From positions 157,357 to 221,356 of IMG/VR virus record IMGVR_UViG_3300027770_001980: a stretch of 64,000 nt of DNA; one strand, 5' to 3'. Positions within the stretch are counted from its first letter, which is position 1; the number at the start of each line of letters is the position of its first letter. Both the position numbers and the translations under genes were made by a program. Shown here piece after piece: positions 56,849 to 63,906 of the stretch. The notes beneath the pieces are model-generated. The model made no database searches, was not told the origin of the DNA, and saw nothing but the letters and a program-made list of their open reading frames with translations.

Positions 56849-57281
56849 AACTGTAGTTTACACTGTCCTCGTTTACATTTAACACTTGAGCACCATTGCG
56901 CAAATGAAATACCCTGGCCATCTCGGTGGGTGGACTTAGTGTAACATACTTCTTGATATGAGGTCTACTACTTTCAATATGACGTCTTGCCATTACGATT
57001 AACCGCCTGCCTGCTCCGGGTTGATAACTCCATATGGTGTAGAACACTGCTACTACTGGCTCATACGATGCGAACTCTAATAACTCTTCTCGACTACGTG
57101 GTACTGAATCTCTGTACAGGACACATACTACAGCAGTGGGCTTTCCATATTCATCTTGACTTACTATGATCTCACTCGATTCACTGACTCGAAACTCTAA
57201 TGGGATTTCTGGACGAACTGGATCATCTGCGATTAACGCACATAATGAGTCTTCTGGCTTATTGATAATGTGGAGAGACAT
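56841..57281 (-). CDS. Hypothetical protein
   Basis: 146 aa; DDPVRP...FYTIWSY...GAGR...TLSP, a possible acyltransferase-like pattern (not established). Confidence 0.5.
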   Translation of the reverse strand: MSLHIINKPEDSLCALIADDPVRPEIPLEFRVSESSEIIVSQDEYGKPTAVVCVLYRDSVPRSREELLEFASYEPVVAVFYTIWSYQPGAGRRLIVMARRHIESSRPHIKKYVTLSPPTEMARVFHLRNGAQVLNVNEDSVNYSYE

Positions 57282-57414
57282 GCGACACCTGTTTAATATA
57301 CGTACTTATCTATCAATTGGAAAAACCTTATATATACGACTAAAAAATTGCTGCGTAAAATTTTTACAACCAAAAACTGTTGACCTTACCAGCTTTTTAC
57401 TATACACTTGTTAT

Positions 57415-57624
57415 ATGTACTTAAATTTAACCAACGCAAACCCAGCGCATAGAGGCATGAAACTAAGTGTTAGAAAAGATTTAGTGGTGACCATGCACTC
57501 TAACTTGATTACCAGAGAGGATGATATTTCCGAAATGGTGACATTCATATTCTGCCCTCCTCATGGCAATTGGGAAGTGCAAGAATCATTTGAAGATGTA
57601 CTGGAACAACTGAATCGTGTCTAA
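57415..57624 (+). CDS. Small protein, weakly FlbD-like; start refined to ATG 57415
   Basis: MYLNLTN...WEVQESFEDVLEQL, resembling the FlbD-type V.ES..EV tail. Confidence 0.4.
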   Translation: MYLNLTNANPAHRGMKLSVRKDLVVTMHSNLITREDDISEMVTFIFCPPHGNWEVQESFEDVLEQLNRV

Positions 57625-57886
57625 TTACCTTACCTGCTGGACCTGCGGCAATCAATATCCACAGATTGGATACTGTACTACTTGTGCTTCAATTAGACTC
57701 CAACGCGAACAACTGGCCGCACTACGTGGGGAACAACCTGTCCATCGACGGCCGACACCGGGACAGGCAATTTTTGAACTGATCCTGATATTTGGCTTTT
57801 TTGCTGCAATTTCTTGGTTGTTTAGCACATGGTGGCCTATTGGACTGTTTGCTTTGGGCGCCTTATTGGCCCAACTTGCGAGTTAG
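57617..57886 (+). CDS. Membrane-anchored protein with an N-terminal CxxC...CxxC motif
   Basis: CWTC...CTTC followed by two hydrophobic segments. Confidence 0.5.
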   Translation: MSNYLTCWTCGNQYPQIGYCTTCASIRLQREQLAALRGEQPVHRRPTPGQAIFELILIFGFFAAISWLFSTWWPIGLFALGALLAQLAS

Positions 57887-57975
57887 ATTAGAACGGCCTT
57901 TAGAGTAATACTAAATTTTTGCTGCGTAGTTAAAAGCAGATCTATTATTAATCTCCCCAGGCCGTTCTAATCTAA
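57883..57975. repeat. 17 bp perfect inverted repeat enclosing 59 bp
   Basis: ttagattagaacggcct (57883-57899) / aggccgttctaatctaa (57959-57975). Confidence 0.9.
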
Positions 57976-57993
57976 GTCGACTTTTTACATGCT

Positions 57994-58022
57994 CATACAT
58001 GCTTGCTATGCTTGCATGTATG
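57994..58022. repeat. 9 bp inverted-repeat hairpin
   Basis: catacatgc / gcatgtatg. Confidence 0.75.
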
Positions 58023-58060
58023 TGTGTGACCAGCCGTACCCCACCCCGACCGGCCACACC

Positions 58061-58330
58061 TCACCTGTCATCAGTCTCAACCTCATCCAGGATCTCTATA
58101 GCCAATGCGGTATCACCGTAGACATCGTATCCTTCTGATATCAACTCCTCCACAGCCTCTGACATCAACTGTTCTACCAAGCGTACACGAGCGGCTTGCC
58201 GTGTATCCTTCTTGCGTACCCGGCCGCTGCCTACCCGGTAGACCAGTGCGTAGTGATCACTACAGTAACTCTTGCCTTCTAGTGCAGGGTGTGTACAGCC
58301 AGCACCGTTGCCAATGTATGTACAAGTCAT
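58061..58330 (-). CDS. Small Cys/His zinc-binding hypothetical protein
   Basis: CTY...C...SYCSDHYALVY. Confidence 0.5.
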   Translation of the reverse strand: MTCTYIGNGAGCTHPALEGKSYCSDHYALVYRVGSGRVRKKDTRQAARVRLVEQLMSEAVEELISEGYDVYGDTALAIEILDEVETDDR

Positions 58331-58584
58331 TCGTCGTTCTCCGCTTGTACTGCCTTGACAGTCCGGATTAGGTCTGTACGCTGGGCTTCAGTCATGTCCG
58401 CAATGATCTCCATACCGTGGACCACACCCGTTTCAAAGCCGTCTTTATAGTGTATGTGATTGCTGGCCAACAGCAGGGCCAGCACACACCAGAACTCCCA
58501 CGTGTCGATAGGGTGTCCAATGACTAATAGGACGAGTCCCAGGCTTAGGCTAACGGCAATGCGTTGTAGTGTATCGTGCATCAT
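58327..58584 (-). CDS. Small membrane protein
   Basis: Two N-terminal hydrophobic segments; coupled overlaps with both neighbours. Confidence 0.5.
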   Translation of the reverse strand: MMHDTLQRIAVSLSLGLVLLVIGHPIDTWEFWCVLALLLASNHIHYKDGFETGVVHGMEIIADMTEAQRTDLIRTVKAVQAENDE

Positions 58585-59468
58585 GCTCTCCGCATACAGG
58601 TACCTGCAGCCATCTTAGTCCAGTTAGCGGGAAACTTCTTACGCAGATCAGCCAGCTTCAACACCATACGCAAGCTGAGCTCACGCAGGTTCTTCTGGTT
58701 CTTAACCACGTAGTCAATCAGTTCATCCTCTACACAGGCTTCGAATGCATAGCGTTCCAGCATAGGAGTCTTGCCGGGTTGTGGGTGCTTGATCACCTGC
58801 CGGATACGTAGGATCTTCTCGCGATCGGTATCCATCTGCAGATCGATGTAGTGGCAGCGGCTCTCCAGGGCATCCAAGTGTCCACGCAGTTTCTTACTAC
58901 GGACATGTTCGAACTTGATGTTGGTGATGAAGATAGCGGCACCCTTGAACTCAAAGCGATCTGGAATGCCTTCACTACGCAGGATGCGGCTGTCTGTGTT
59001 CCAGCTGATGAAGCGACGCTCTGAGCTGTCCAGGGCACCTTTCAGGGTGTTCAGTGATTGTTCTTCCATCAAGATGTCGTCACAGTCGTCGAACACCACA
59101 ACGTTGCCTTCGCCTGAGAACTCGTAGAGTTTAGCGTAAAGACCGATTGAGCTCATAGCACCCTTGACCACTTCGAACTTGGGTTTGCGTTCGGCCAGGA
59201 CATTGAACAGATTAGCCTTTTGCAGTACTGCCTCAACGCCAAAGGATTTGCCCACACCAGGAGGGCCCGATACGATCATAGCACGGACATCGCCGGTGCG
59301 GACTGCTTCGGTCATCATGTCCAGGATATCAAAGCGATCTCGCAGGCGGCTATAGATCTCGTCGTCTGTCTCCTTGGCCACTGACTCGTGTGTGCGTTTG
59401 ATGGCCGCCTCGTCGAATTCCAGGATGTTAGTGCCCGCGCTGGGTTTACGTGATGCCTTTGTTGCCAT
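58581..59468 (-). CDS. AAA+-type P-loop ATPase
   Basis: GPPGVGKS (Walker A), VVVFDDCD (Walker B), FITN and ALESRC (Arg finger). Confidence 0.85.
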   Translation of the reverse strand: MATKASRKPSAGTNILEFDEAAIKRTHESVAKETDDEIYSRLRDRFDILDMMTEAVRTGDVRAMIVSGPPGVGKSFGVEAVLQKANLFNVLAERKPKFEVVKGAMSSIGLYAKLYEFSGEGNVVVFDDCDDILMEEQSLNTLKGALDSSERRFISWNTDSRILRSEGIPDRFEFKGAAIFITNIKFEHVRSKKLRGHLDALESRCHYIDLQMDTDREKILRIRQVIKHPQPGKTPMLERYAFEACVEDELIDYVVKNQKNLRELSLRMVLKLADLRKKFPANWTKMAAGTCMRRA

Positions 59469-59494
59469 AGTGTTCCTCGGTTGTTTAAGTGTGT

Positions 59495-59523
59495 ATTATA
59501 ACAGGGGATTGCTCCCCTGTCAA
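59495..59523 (-). promoter_or_regulatory. Early promoter P1: TTGACA-N17-TATAAT; spacer overlapped by the palindrome acagggg/cccctgt
   Basis: Read directly; followed by ACACAC and a GAGG RBS. Confidence 0.9.
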
Positions 59524-59527
59524 GTAT

Positions 59528-59857
59528 TTAATCTGCCCGGCTACCAGCGTAGGCTTGGGTGATGCCCATCTTGCGGAGCACTTCGGCATAGGCCTGGGCA
59601 CCTGCTTCCTTAACGCTCATGCTCTGTGTACCGTGTCCGGATGGGTTCCACAGTTGGAGACCGCCACCGTATGCAGGTTTGAAGCCCACCCGCTTCAATG
59701 CACGGCCCAGTTTGGTGCTGCCTTTTTCGTAGACCGTAACCCAAGCAAAGCCACAATACCAGTCTTCGCCATGCTGGGCGATGTAGTTGTTGGCGGCTTC
59801 TGCGGCGGCTTGGGCGGCAGTGTTATGGATGGATTCGATGTTGTCGATTGCGATCAT
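59528..59857 (-). CDS. Early hypothetical protein
   Basis: 109 aa with YCGFAWV; GGAG RBS after P2. Confidence 0.65.
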   Translation of the reverse strand: MIAIDNIESIHNTAAQAAAEAANNYIAQHGEDWYCGFAWVTVYEKGSTKLGRALKRVGFKPAYGGGLQLWNPSGHGTQSMSVKEAGAQAYAEVLRKMGITQAYAGSRAD

Positions 59858-59887
59858 AGTGTGCTCCAGTGCGTTGTTGATGTGTGT

Positions 59888-59916
59888 ATTATACTGCGGA
59901 TCTGCCGGATCGTCAA
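59888..59916 (-). promoter_or_regulatory. Early promoter P2: TTGACG-N17-TATAAT
   Basis: Read directly; ACACAC leader. Confidence 0.85.
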
Positions 59917-59917
59917 C

Positions 59918-60100
59918 CTATTTCTTCCCAACTTCAGTTGCGACTTGAGGCTTGATCATCTGTACGCAGGTGCCCTTAAATCCCTGCCGTTGTAGATCTT
60001 TGAGGGCCACTTGGCAGGTGGCATCCTCTTGGAACTGCCCCACATAGACCATACTGGGGGAGGTGACGCCCAATCCTACGAGTACAATAGCCCAAAACAT
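59918..60100 (-). CDS. Small early protein with a hydrophobic N-terminus
   Basis: 60 aa ORF. Confidence 0.5.
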   Translation of the reverse strand: MFWAIVLVGLGVTSPSMVYVGQFQEDATCQVALKDLQRQGFKGTCVQMIKPQVATEVGKK

Positions 60101-60102
60101 AG

Positions 60103-60306
60103 TTAGTCCTTCTTAGTGACGGTGGTTTTGAACAGGATGCCAAACAGGAACTGTAGTCCCCAAGCCTGTAGCCAACCGATTTCCTTGACTCCATCTACTG
60201 CGGGCACAAGGCATTGATTCCACAGTTCCATCACAGGCCAAGCCAGTAGGAAGGAGAACAGGACCAGGACTACCAGTAGGCCAATGAATGCGGTGATGTA
60301 TTGCAT
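60103..60306 (-). CDS. Small early membrane protein
   Basis: 67 aa with two hydrophobic segments; AAGGA RBS. Confidence 0.6.
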   Translation of the reverse strand: MQYITAFIGLLVVLVLFSFLLAWPVMELWNQCLVPAVDGVKEIGWLQAWGLQFLFGILFKTTVTKKD

Positions 60307-60315
60307 GATGATTCC

Positions 60316-60534
60316 TTAGAGTGTGAATTGTTTCAGGACGCTTTGGGCTTCGTCCACTTCAGTGACTTCGTCCACAAAGGCCAGGATCATCATCTGGATC
60401 AGTGAGCGGCACTCCGTGCGTTCGGCCTTGGGCAAGGTAGCGATGAATGCTTCCACAGCATCGTATTCCTCCAAAGTCCACATGATGTCGCAAAGGGCCT
60501 TTTGCTTAGGGTTCAGTCCAGCGATAGTGATCAT
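60316..60534 (-). CDS. Small early hypothetical protein
   Basis: 72 aa with a coupled start. Confidence 0.55.
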   Translation of the reverse strand: MITIAGLNPKQKALCDIMWTLEEYDAVEAFIATLPKAERTECRSLIQMMILAFVDEVTEVDEAQSVLKQFTL

Positions 60535-60719
60535 TTTGTAGCCTCGTTAGCATAAGAAGCGCCCAGCGCCATGAGTGCAATGCCTACCAGTGCAAAGGTG
60601 CCCAAGTAGACTCCGTCGTAGGTAGCAAGGTCCAAGCACTGCTCGAAACCGCCCATTGTACCTAACAGCAAGATCAATCCTGTGTACAGACAGAATAGGG
60701 CTTTTTGGTGTAGTGTCAT
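60531..60719 (-). CDS. Small early membrane protein
   Basis: 62 aa with two hydrophobic segments; AAGGA RBS after P3. Confidence 0.55.
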   Translation of the reverse strand: MTLHQKALFCLYTGLILLLGTMGGFEQCLDLATYDGVYLGTFALVGIALMALGASYANEATK

Positions 60720-60746
60720 ATCGTGTTCCTTTGTTGCTATGTGTGT

Positions 60747-60775
60747 ATTATAGCAGGGTTCTTACACCCTGTCAA
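60747..60775 (-). promoter_or_regulatory. Early promoter P3: TTGACA-N17-TATAAT with a cagggt/accctg inverted repeat
   Basis: Read directly. Confidence 0.9.
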
Positions 60776-60777
60776 CC

Positions 60778-61023
60778 TCATAGATTCTCTCCTGTTTCAG
60801 TGTCGATCCGTCCAGTCACAAAGGCAAAGGATGTAGCAGGTGCTGGGTGATTGTAGAAGTGCTCACGGTTGTGAACTGCCGCATATCCATATGCCTCATC
60901 TTCGGCCGCTCCTGGATATGCCTCACCTTCAACCGCAAACTCTCGCTCGCTTAGGACCTTGTAGAAGTCGGGGCGGGCAGTCTCAGGATTGACCCGGTAT
61001 ACTTGAACATTCCAAACAATCAT
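60778..61023 (-). CDS. Early hypothetical protein
   Basis: 81 aa; AAGGAG RBS after P4. Confidence 0.6.
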   Translation of the reverse strand: MIVWNVQVYRVNPETARPDFYKVLSEREFAVEGEAYPGAAEDEAYGYAAVHNREHFYNHPAPATSFAFVTGRIDTETGENL

Positions 61024-61053
61024 TTCGTGCTCCTTATTAGTGTCTATGTGTGT

Positions 61054-61082
61054 ATTATAACAGGGTTTTTAGTCTCTGTCAA
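61054..61082 (-). promoter_or_regulatory. Early promoter P4: TTGACA-N17-TATAAT
   Basis: Read directly. Confidence 0.9.
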
Positions 61083-61461
61083 CCAACTCACGACCCAGGC
61101 TCACGCCTTCAGAATAGTAGCCGTTGCTCTCACCAAACCAACGCACATCCACATAGCCCCGGCGGGTAGCGAACTTGTAGAAGGTCCAAGTCACGCTATC
61201 GTGTTCTTCCTCGTTGAAGTCCACAGGTGTTTCGCCCGACACCTCTTCGGCGATCAACAAAGGCTCACCCACCAAGTCCTGCAGGTCACCGCAGATGTCC
61301 TCGATGCTCACATGCTCGCAACAATCCTGCGAGTGGAAGAACACGAAGCGTTCGGTTGCATTCTCGAACACCATCTCATCGCCATTTTGAGTTACCGAAG
61401 TGAACACCTGGCCCACCATGCTTTCGATCTTTGCTTCTGCGTTGTAATCCATGTATCCCAT
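61069..61461 (-). CDS. Early acidic hypothetical protein
   Basis: HSQDCCEHV...WTFYKF...GESNGYYSE; AAGGAG RBS after P5. Confidence 0.65.
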   Translation of the reverse strand: MGYMDYNAEAKIESMVGQVFTSVTQNGDEMVFENATERFVFFHSQDCCEHVSIEDICGDLQDLVGEPLLIAEEVSGETPVDFNEEEHDSVTWTFYKFATRRGYVDVRWFGESNGYYSEGVSLGRELVDRD

Positions 61462-61496
61462 TTCGTGCTCCTTAGTGTGTTGCTGTCTATGTGTGT

Positions 61497-61525
61497 ATTA
61501 TAGCACCGTTTGGATGATCAGTCAA
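61497..61525 (-). promoter_or_regulatory. Early promoter P5: TTGACT-N17-TATAAT
   Basis: Read directly. Confidence 0.85.
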
Positions 61526-61703
61526 CCGGTTTAAAGGTTCTTCCTTTAAGATCCAGCGTGATAGGCTTGCGGAACTTTACTACACGATCTGACCCTACAG
61601 GGATGTAGGCCAGGGCATTGGCACTGCGAGCACCGGGACGGGTCTTGAAGATGTAGATGTGGTTGGGTGCGTCCCAACGGGTGGTCTCTTCCAGGATGAT
61701 CAT
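61518..61703 (-). CDS. Small early protein
   Basis: 61 aa with a coupled start. Confidence 0.55.
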   Translation of the reverse strand: MIILEETTRWDAPNHIYIFKTRPGARSANALAYIPVGSDRVVKFRKPITLDLKGRTFKPVD

Positions 61704-61912
61704 ATGGCTCGGAACTTGTTCATGAAGGCCGCGTTGATCATGTCCATCTCGTCCTGCATGACATAGAAGTCAGTGGTTGGGTCATAGTAGGCACCTGCCT
61801 TGGGATCATAGTACAGTACACGACCGGAGAAGTTGAACGGACCTTCCAGACCCTTGCGAGGGCCATACCGGTCACGCATTTGATCTACGGTGTCCATTAC
61901 GCGATATCCCAT
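61700..61912 (-). CDS. Small early protein
   Basis: 70 aa with LYYDPKAGAYYDPTTD; AAGGAG RBS after P6. Confidence 0.6.
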   Translation of the reverse strand: MGYRVMDTVDQMRDRYGPRKGLEGPFNFSGRVLYYDPKAGAYYDPTTDFYVMQDEMDMINAAFMNKFRAI

Positions 61913-61938
61913 GTGCTGCTCCTTGTTGCGATGTGTGT

Positions 61939-61967
61939 ATTATAGCACCGTTCTTAAACCTTGTCAA
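61939..61967 (-). promoter_or_regulatory. Early promoter P6: TTGACA-N17-TATAAT
   Basis: Read directly. Confidence 0.9.
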
Positions 61968-62133
61968 CCTCTTGCGAGGCACGCCACGCATCCATATAGG
62001 CCTTACGCTCGGCACGCACCTTGAGGATGCTCAGTTCGAAGCGGCGGTTATAGTAGGCCCATGCACCGTTATCCACCCAACCCTGGCGGCTGCATCGCAC
62101 CTTGTTTACCTTGTGTTTACGCATTTTCATCAT
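61954..62133 (-). CDS. 59-aa basic early protein (not in the ORF track)
   Basis: Hand translation MMKMRKHKVNKVRCSRQGWVDNGAWAYYNRRFELSILKVRAERKAYMDAWRASQEVDKV; directly downstream of P7. Confidence 0.55.
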   Translation of the reverse strand: MMKMRKHKVNKVRCSRQGWVDNGAWAYYNRRFELSILKVRAERKAYMDAWRASQEVDKV

Positions 62134-62157
62134 ATGCTCTTTAGTGTCTATGCGTGT

Positions 62158-62186
62158 ATTATAGCACCGTTTGGATCACTTGTCAA
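62158..62186 (-). promoter_or_regulatory. Early promoter P7: TTGACA-N17-TATAAT
   Basis: Read directly; near-identical to P5. Confidence 0.9.
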
Positions 62187-62406
62187 CCGGCGTTTTCATC
62201 TTCTCCAACAATTCTTGATGCTCCAACTGGCCCAAGGTCATGCTATACACAATGTAGATGAAGAATCCAACGAATCCAGCCATTAGGATCCATGCTCCTT
62301 GTTGGGCTGTGAGTAGGCTTATGATAAAGGTGAGTGTCAGTGACAGTGCGATGGACCCAGAGATGAGTCCCACGGTGTAGAGTATTGCTCGGGTTTTTAA
62401 GTTCAT
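62176..62406 (-). CDS. Small early membrane protein
   Basis: 76 aa with two TM-like segments. Confidence 0.6.
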   Translation of the reverse strand: MNLKTRAILYTVGLISGSIALSLTLTFIISLLTAQQGAWILMAGFVGFFIYIVYSMTLGQLEHQELLEKMKTPVDK

Positions 62407-62780
62407 ACGGTTTCCTTTTTAAAATAACGATAGGGCAAGCCAACCAAGTAGCACAGGAACTCGTCATCACCGTTGCTACCTTCAGCCTCGTGGATCCAAC
62501 GCATGGCCATCTCACGATCTTTAGCACCGCAGGCCAGGATGCTCTGCACTCGCATCTCAAAGGCGTGTGCGGCCTCGTGCTCTTCGAGCTTGCGCTCTTG
62601 CTCGTTCTTGCCAATCAAGTCCTGCAGGTAGTCAAACTCGGCGTTAAAGGTGGCCTCGTCCCAAGCGGAGGTATCGATACCGCGTGGACGAACGCCGTGG
62701 GCATCCTTGTACATGTCCCAGAACTGGCAGGCCATCTGCTCGAGGACTGTCATCTCTTCCCAGCTTTTGAATTCTTCCAT
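62403..62780 (-). CDS. Early hypothetical protein; start refined to ATG 62780
   Basis: WDMYKDAHGVRPR...LGLPY-like tail (LVGLPY); GGAG RBS after P8. Confidence 0.65.
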   Translation of the reverse strand: MEEFKSWEEMTVLEQMACQFWDMYKDAHGVRPRGIDTSAWDEATFNAEFDYLQDLIGKNEQERKLEEHEAAHAFEMRVQSILACGAKDREMAMRWIHEAEGSNGDDEFLCYLVGLPYRYFKKETV

Positions 62781-62813
62781 TGTGTGCTCCGTTGTGTTGC
62801 TGTCTATGTGTGT

Positions 62814-62842
62814 ATTATAGCACCGAAATAAAGACCTGTCAA
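62814..62842 (-). promoter_or_regulatory. Early promoter P8: TTGACA-N17-TATAAT
   Basis: Read directly. Confidence 0.9.
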
Positions 62843-63024
62843 CCGAAATTTTCGGCAACAATGTCTTCCATATCTTCGCCGTGGAAGTCAACATAGATGC
62901 CCTCCACATGCCATTCCAAGAACTTTTGGATTTGAGCATCTGTGGGGGTTACATTGCCGTAGACCTCGGCAGATCGTCGGATAGTGTCTATGACTTTTTT
63001 AGGGATGTCGATGGTAACTTTCAT
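62839..63024 (-). CDS. Small early protein
   Basis: 61 aa with an AAGGAG RBS. Confidence 0.6.
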   Translation of the reverse strand: MKVTIDIPKKVIDTIRRSAEVYGNVTPTDAQIQKFLEWHVEGIYVDFHGEDMEDIVAENFG

Positions 63025-63034
63025 TTGGAACTCC

Positions 63035-63148
63035 TTAGATAGATGCCAATGTCCACATAGCCACCATTACATAGGTGGCGCAGAGTTGAGCGATGCCAAA
63101 GTGGAATGCGGCCCAAACTACGGTGCCCCAACCAATCAAATTAATCAT
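63035..63148 (-). CDS. 37-aa hydrophobic early peptide (not in the ORF track)
   Basis: Hand translation MINLIGWGTVVWAAFHFGIAQLCATYVMVAMWTLASI; GGAG RBS after P9. Confidence 0.5.
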   Translation of the reverse strand: MINLIGWGTVVWAAFHFGIAQLCATYVMVAMWTLASI

Positions 63149-63175
63149 CTCTTGCTCCAGTGTGTGTAAGCGTGT

Positions 63176-63204
63176 ATTATAACGCAAAAAGGGGCTGTTG
63201 TCAA
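63176..63204 (-). promoter_or_regulatory. Early promoter P9: TTGACA-N17-TATAAT; the -35 box sits in the loop of an aaagggg/ccccttt stem
   Basis: Read directly. Confidence 0.9.
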
Positions 63205-63218
63205 CCCCTTTGTTGTTA

Positions 63219-63629
63219 TTACAGTTCCATGCTCGCGTAGCCGTCGTCTTGCATACCTTGCTCTGTAAAGTCTACATCTGTTCCCAGCAACTCGCTCACA
63301 GCATCGCTAAAGCCGTTGTCTGTGTACAGCCGCCAGCTGCCTTCTACTTCAGCACCGTCTTCGCCGTCCACTTCGTAAGTCACTCCAATGTGTGCGTAAA
63401 CGCTCTGTGTGTAAACGTCCCCGTCGTCTTCGTCAAACGTTTCGCTAATGTGTACGCCCGTAATAGTAACCGCTTTCAGTTCGCAGTCCCATATGCTGTC
63501 ACCTGCCAGTTGCACTTCTACGTTGCACTTGTATTCCGTGTGCAGTGTGTCGTCGTCTTCAACACCAGTGTGTACCAGTGTCAGTTTGTCGCTAACTTTA
63601 GCAAATTGTGTTTTCAGTGCTGTTTGCAT
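63219..63629 (-). CDS. Early, strongly acidic hypothetical protein
   Basis: 136 aa, D/E-rich; GGAG RBS after P10. Confidence 0.6.
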   Translation of the reverse strand: MQTALKTQFAKVSDKLTLVHTGVEDDDTLHTEYKCNVEVQLAGDSIWDCELKAVTITGVHISETFDEDDGDVYTQSVYAHIGVTYEVDGEDGAEVEGSWRLYTDNGFSDAVSELLGTDVDFTEQGMQDDGYASMEL

Positions 63630-63658
63630 GTCTTGCTCCGTTTAGTGTTTAAGTGTGT

Positions 63659-63687
63659 ATTATAGCAGTTTAGTCTACTGTTGTCAA
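63659..63687 (-). promoter_or_regulatory. Early promoter P10: TTGACA-N17-TATAAT
   Basis: Read directly. Confidence 0.9.
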
Positions 63688-63837
63688 GTCTTTTTGTGCA
63701 ATGTTAAAAATCGCATTATAAGTTGCAATAAGTTCTTCGTCTGTCATTTTGTAGCAAGCACTGTTGGTATCGCATTCCAACTTAATTTGGTACATCATTG
63801 CCCAACGTGTCATCCCGTTTGCAAGTGTCTTTTTCAT
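63670..63837 (-). CDS. 55-aa early protein (not in the ORF track)
   Basis: Hand translation MKKTLANGMTRWAMMYQIKLECDTNSACYKMTDEELIATYNAIFNIAQKDLTTVD; AAGGA RBS after P11. Confidence 0.55.
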   Translation of the reverse strand: MKKTLANGMTRWAMMYQIKLECDTNSACYKMTDEELIATYNAIFNIAQKDLTTVD

Positions 63838-63862
63838 CGTGTTCCTTTTTGTTTATGTGTGT

Positions 63863-63898
63863 ATTATAACGCAGAAAAGCACACTTGTTAAGTGTGCT
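63863..63898 (-). promoter_or_regulatory. Early promoter P11: TTAACA-N17-TATAAT; the -35 box is centred in a 9 bp inverted repeat
   Basis: agcacactt-gtt-aagtgtgct at 63878-63898. Confidence 0.75.
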
Positions 63899-63906
63899 GT
63901 ATAAAG

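Noticed and set aside
56160-58060. tRNA genes in the non-coding gaps (56160-56290, 57887-58060)
   Set aside because: No cloverleaf or TTCGA T-loop motif could be found; only terminator-like and long inverted-repeat hairpins.
20074-62939. Upstream-extended starts given in the ORF track (20074, 22024, 41276, 44680, 50150, 57166, 62939)
   Set aside because: They overlap neighbouring genes or promoter boxes. Downstream ATGs at 20170, 21943, 41315, 44716, 50219, 57415 and 62780 fit the promoter and RBS positions better.
59469-63900. CRISPR array suggested by the recurring gtgtgtattata repeat
   Set aside because: The repeats are sigma70 promoter and leader sequences separated by 150-500 bp of ORFs with RBSs, not constant-length spacers, and no cas genes are present.
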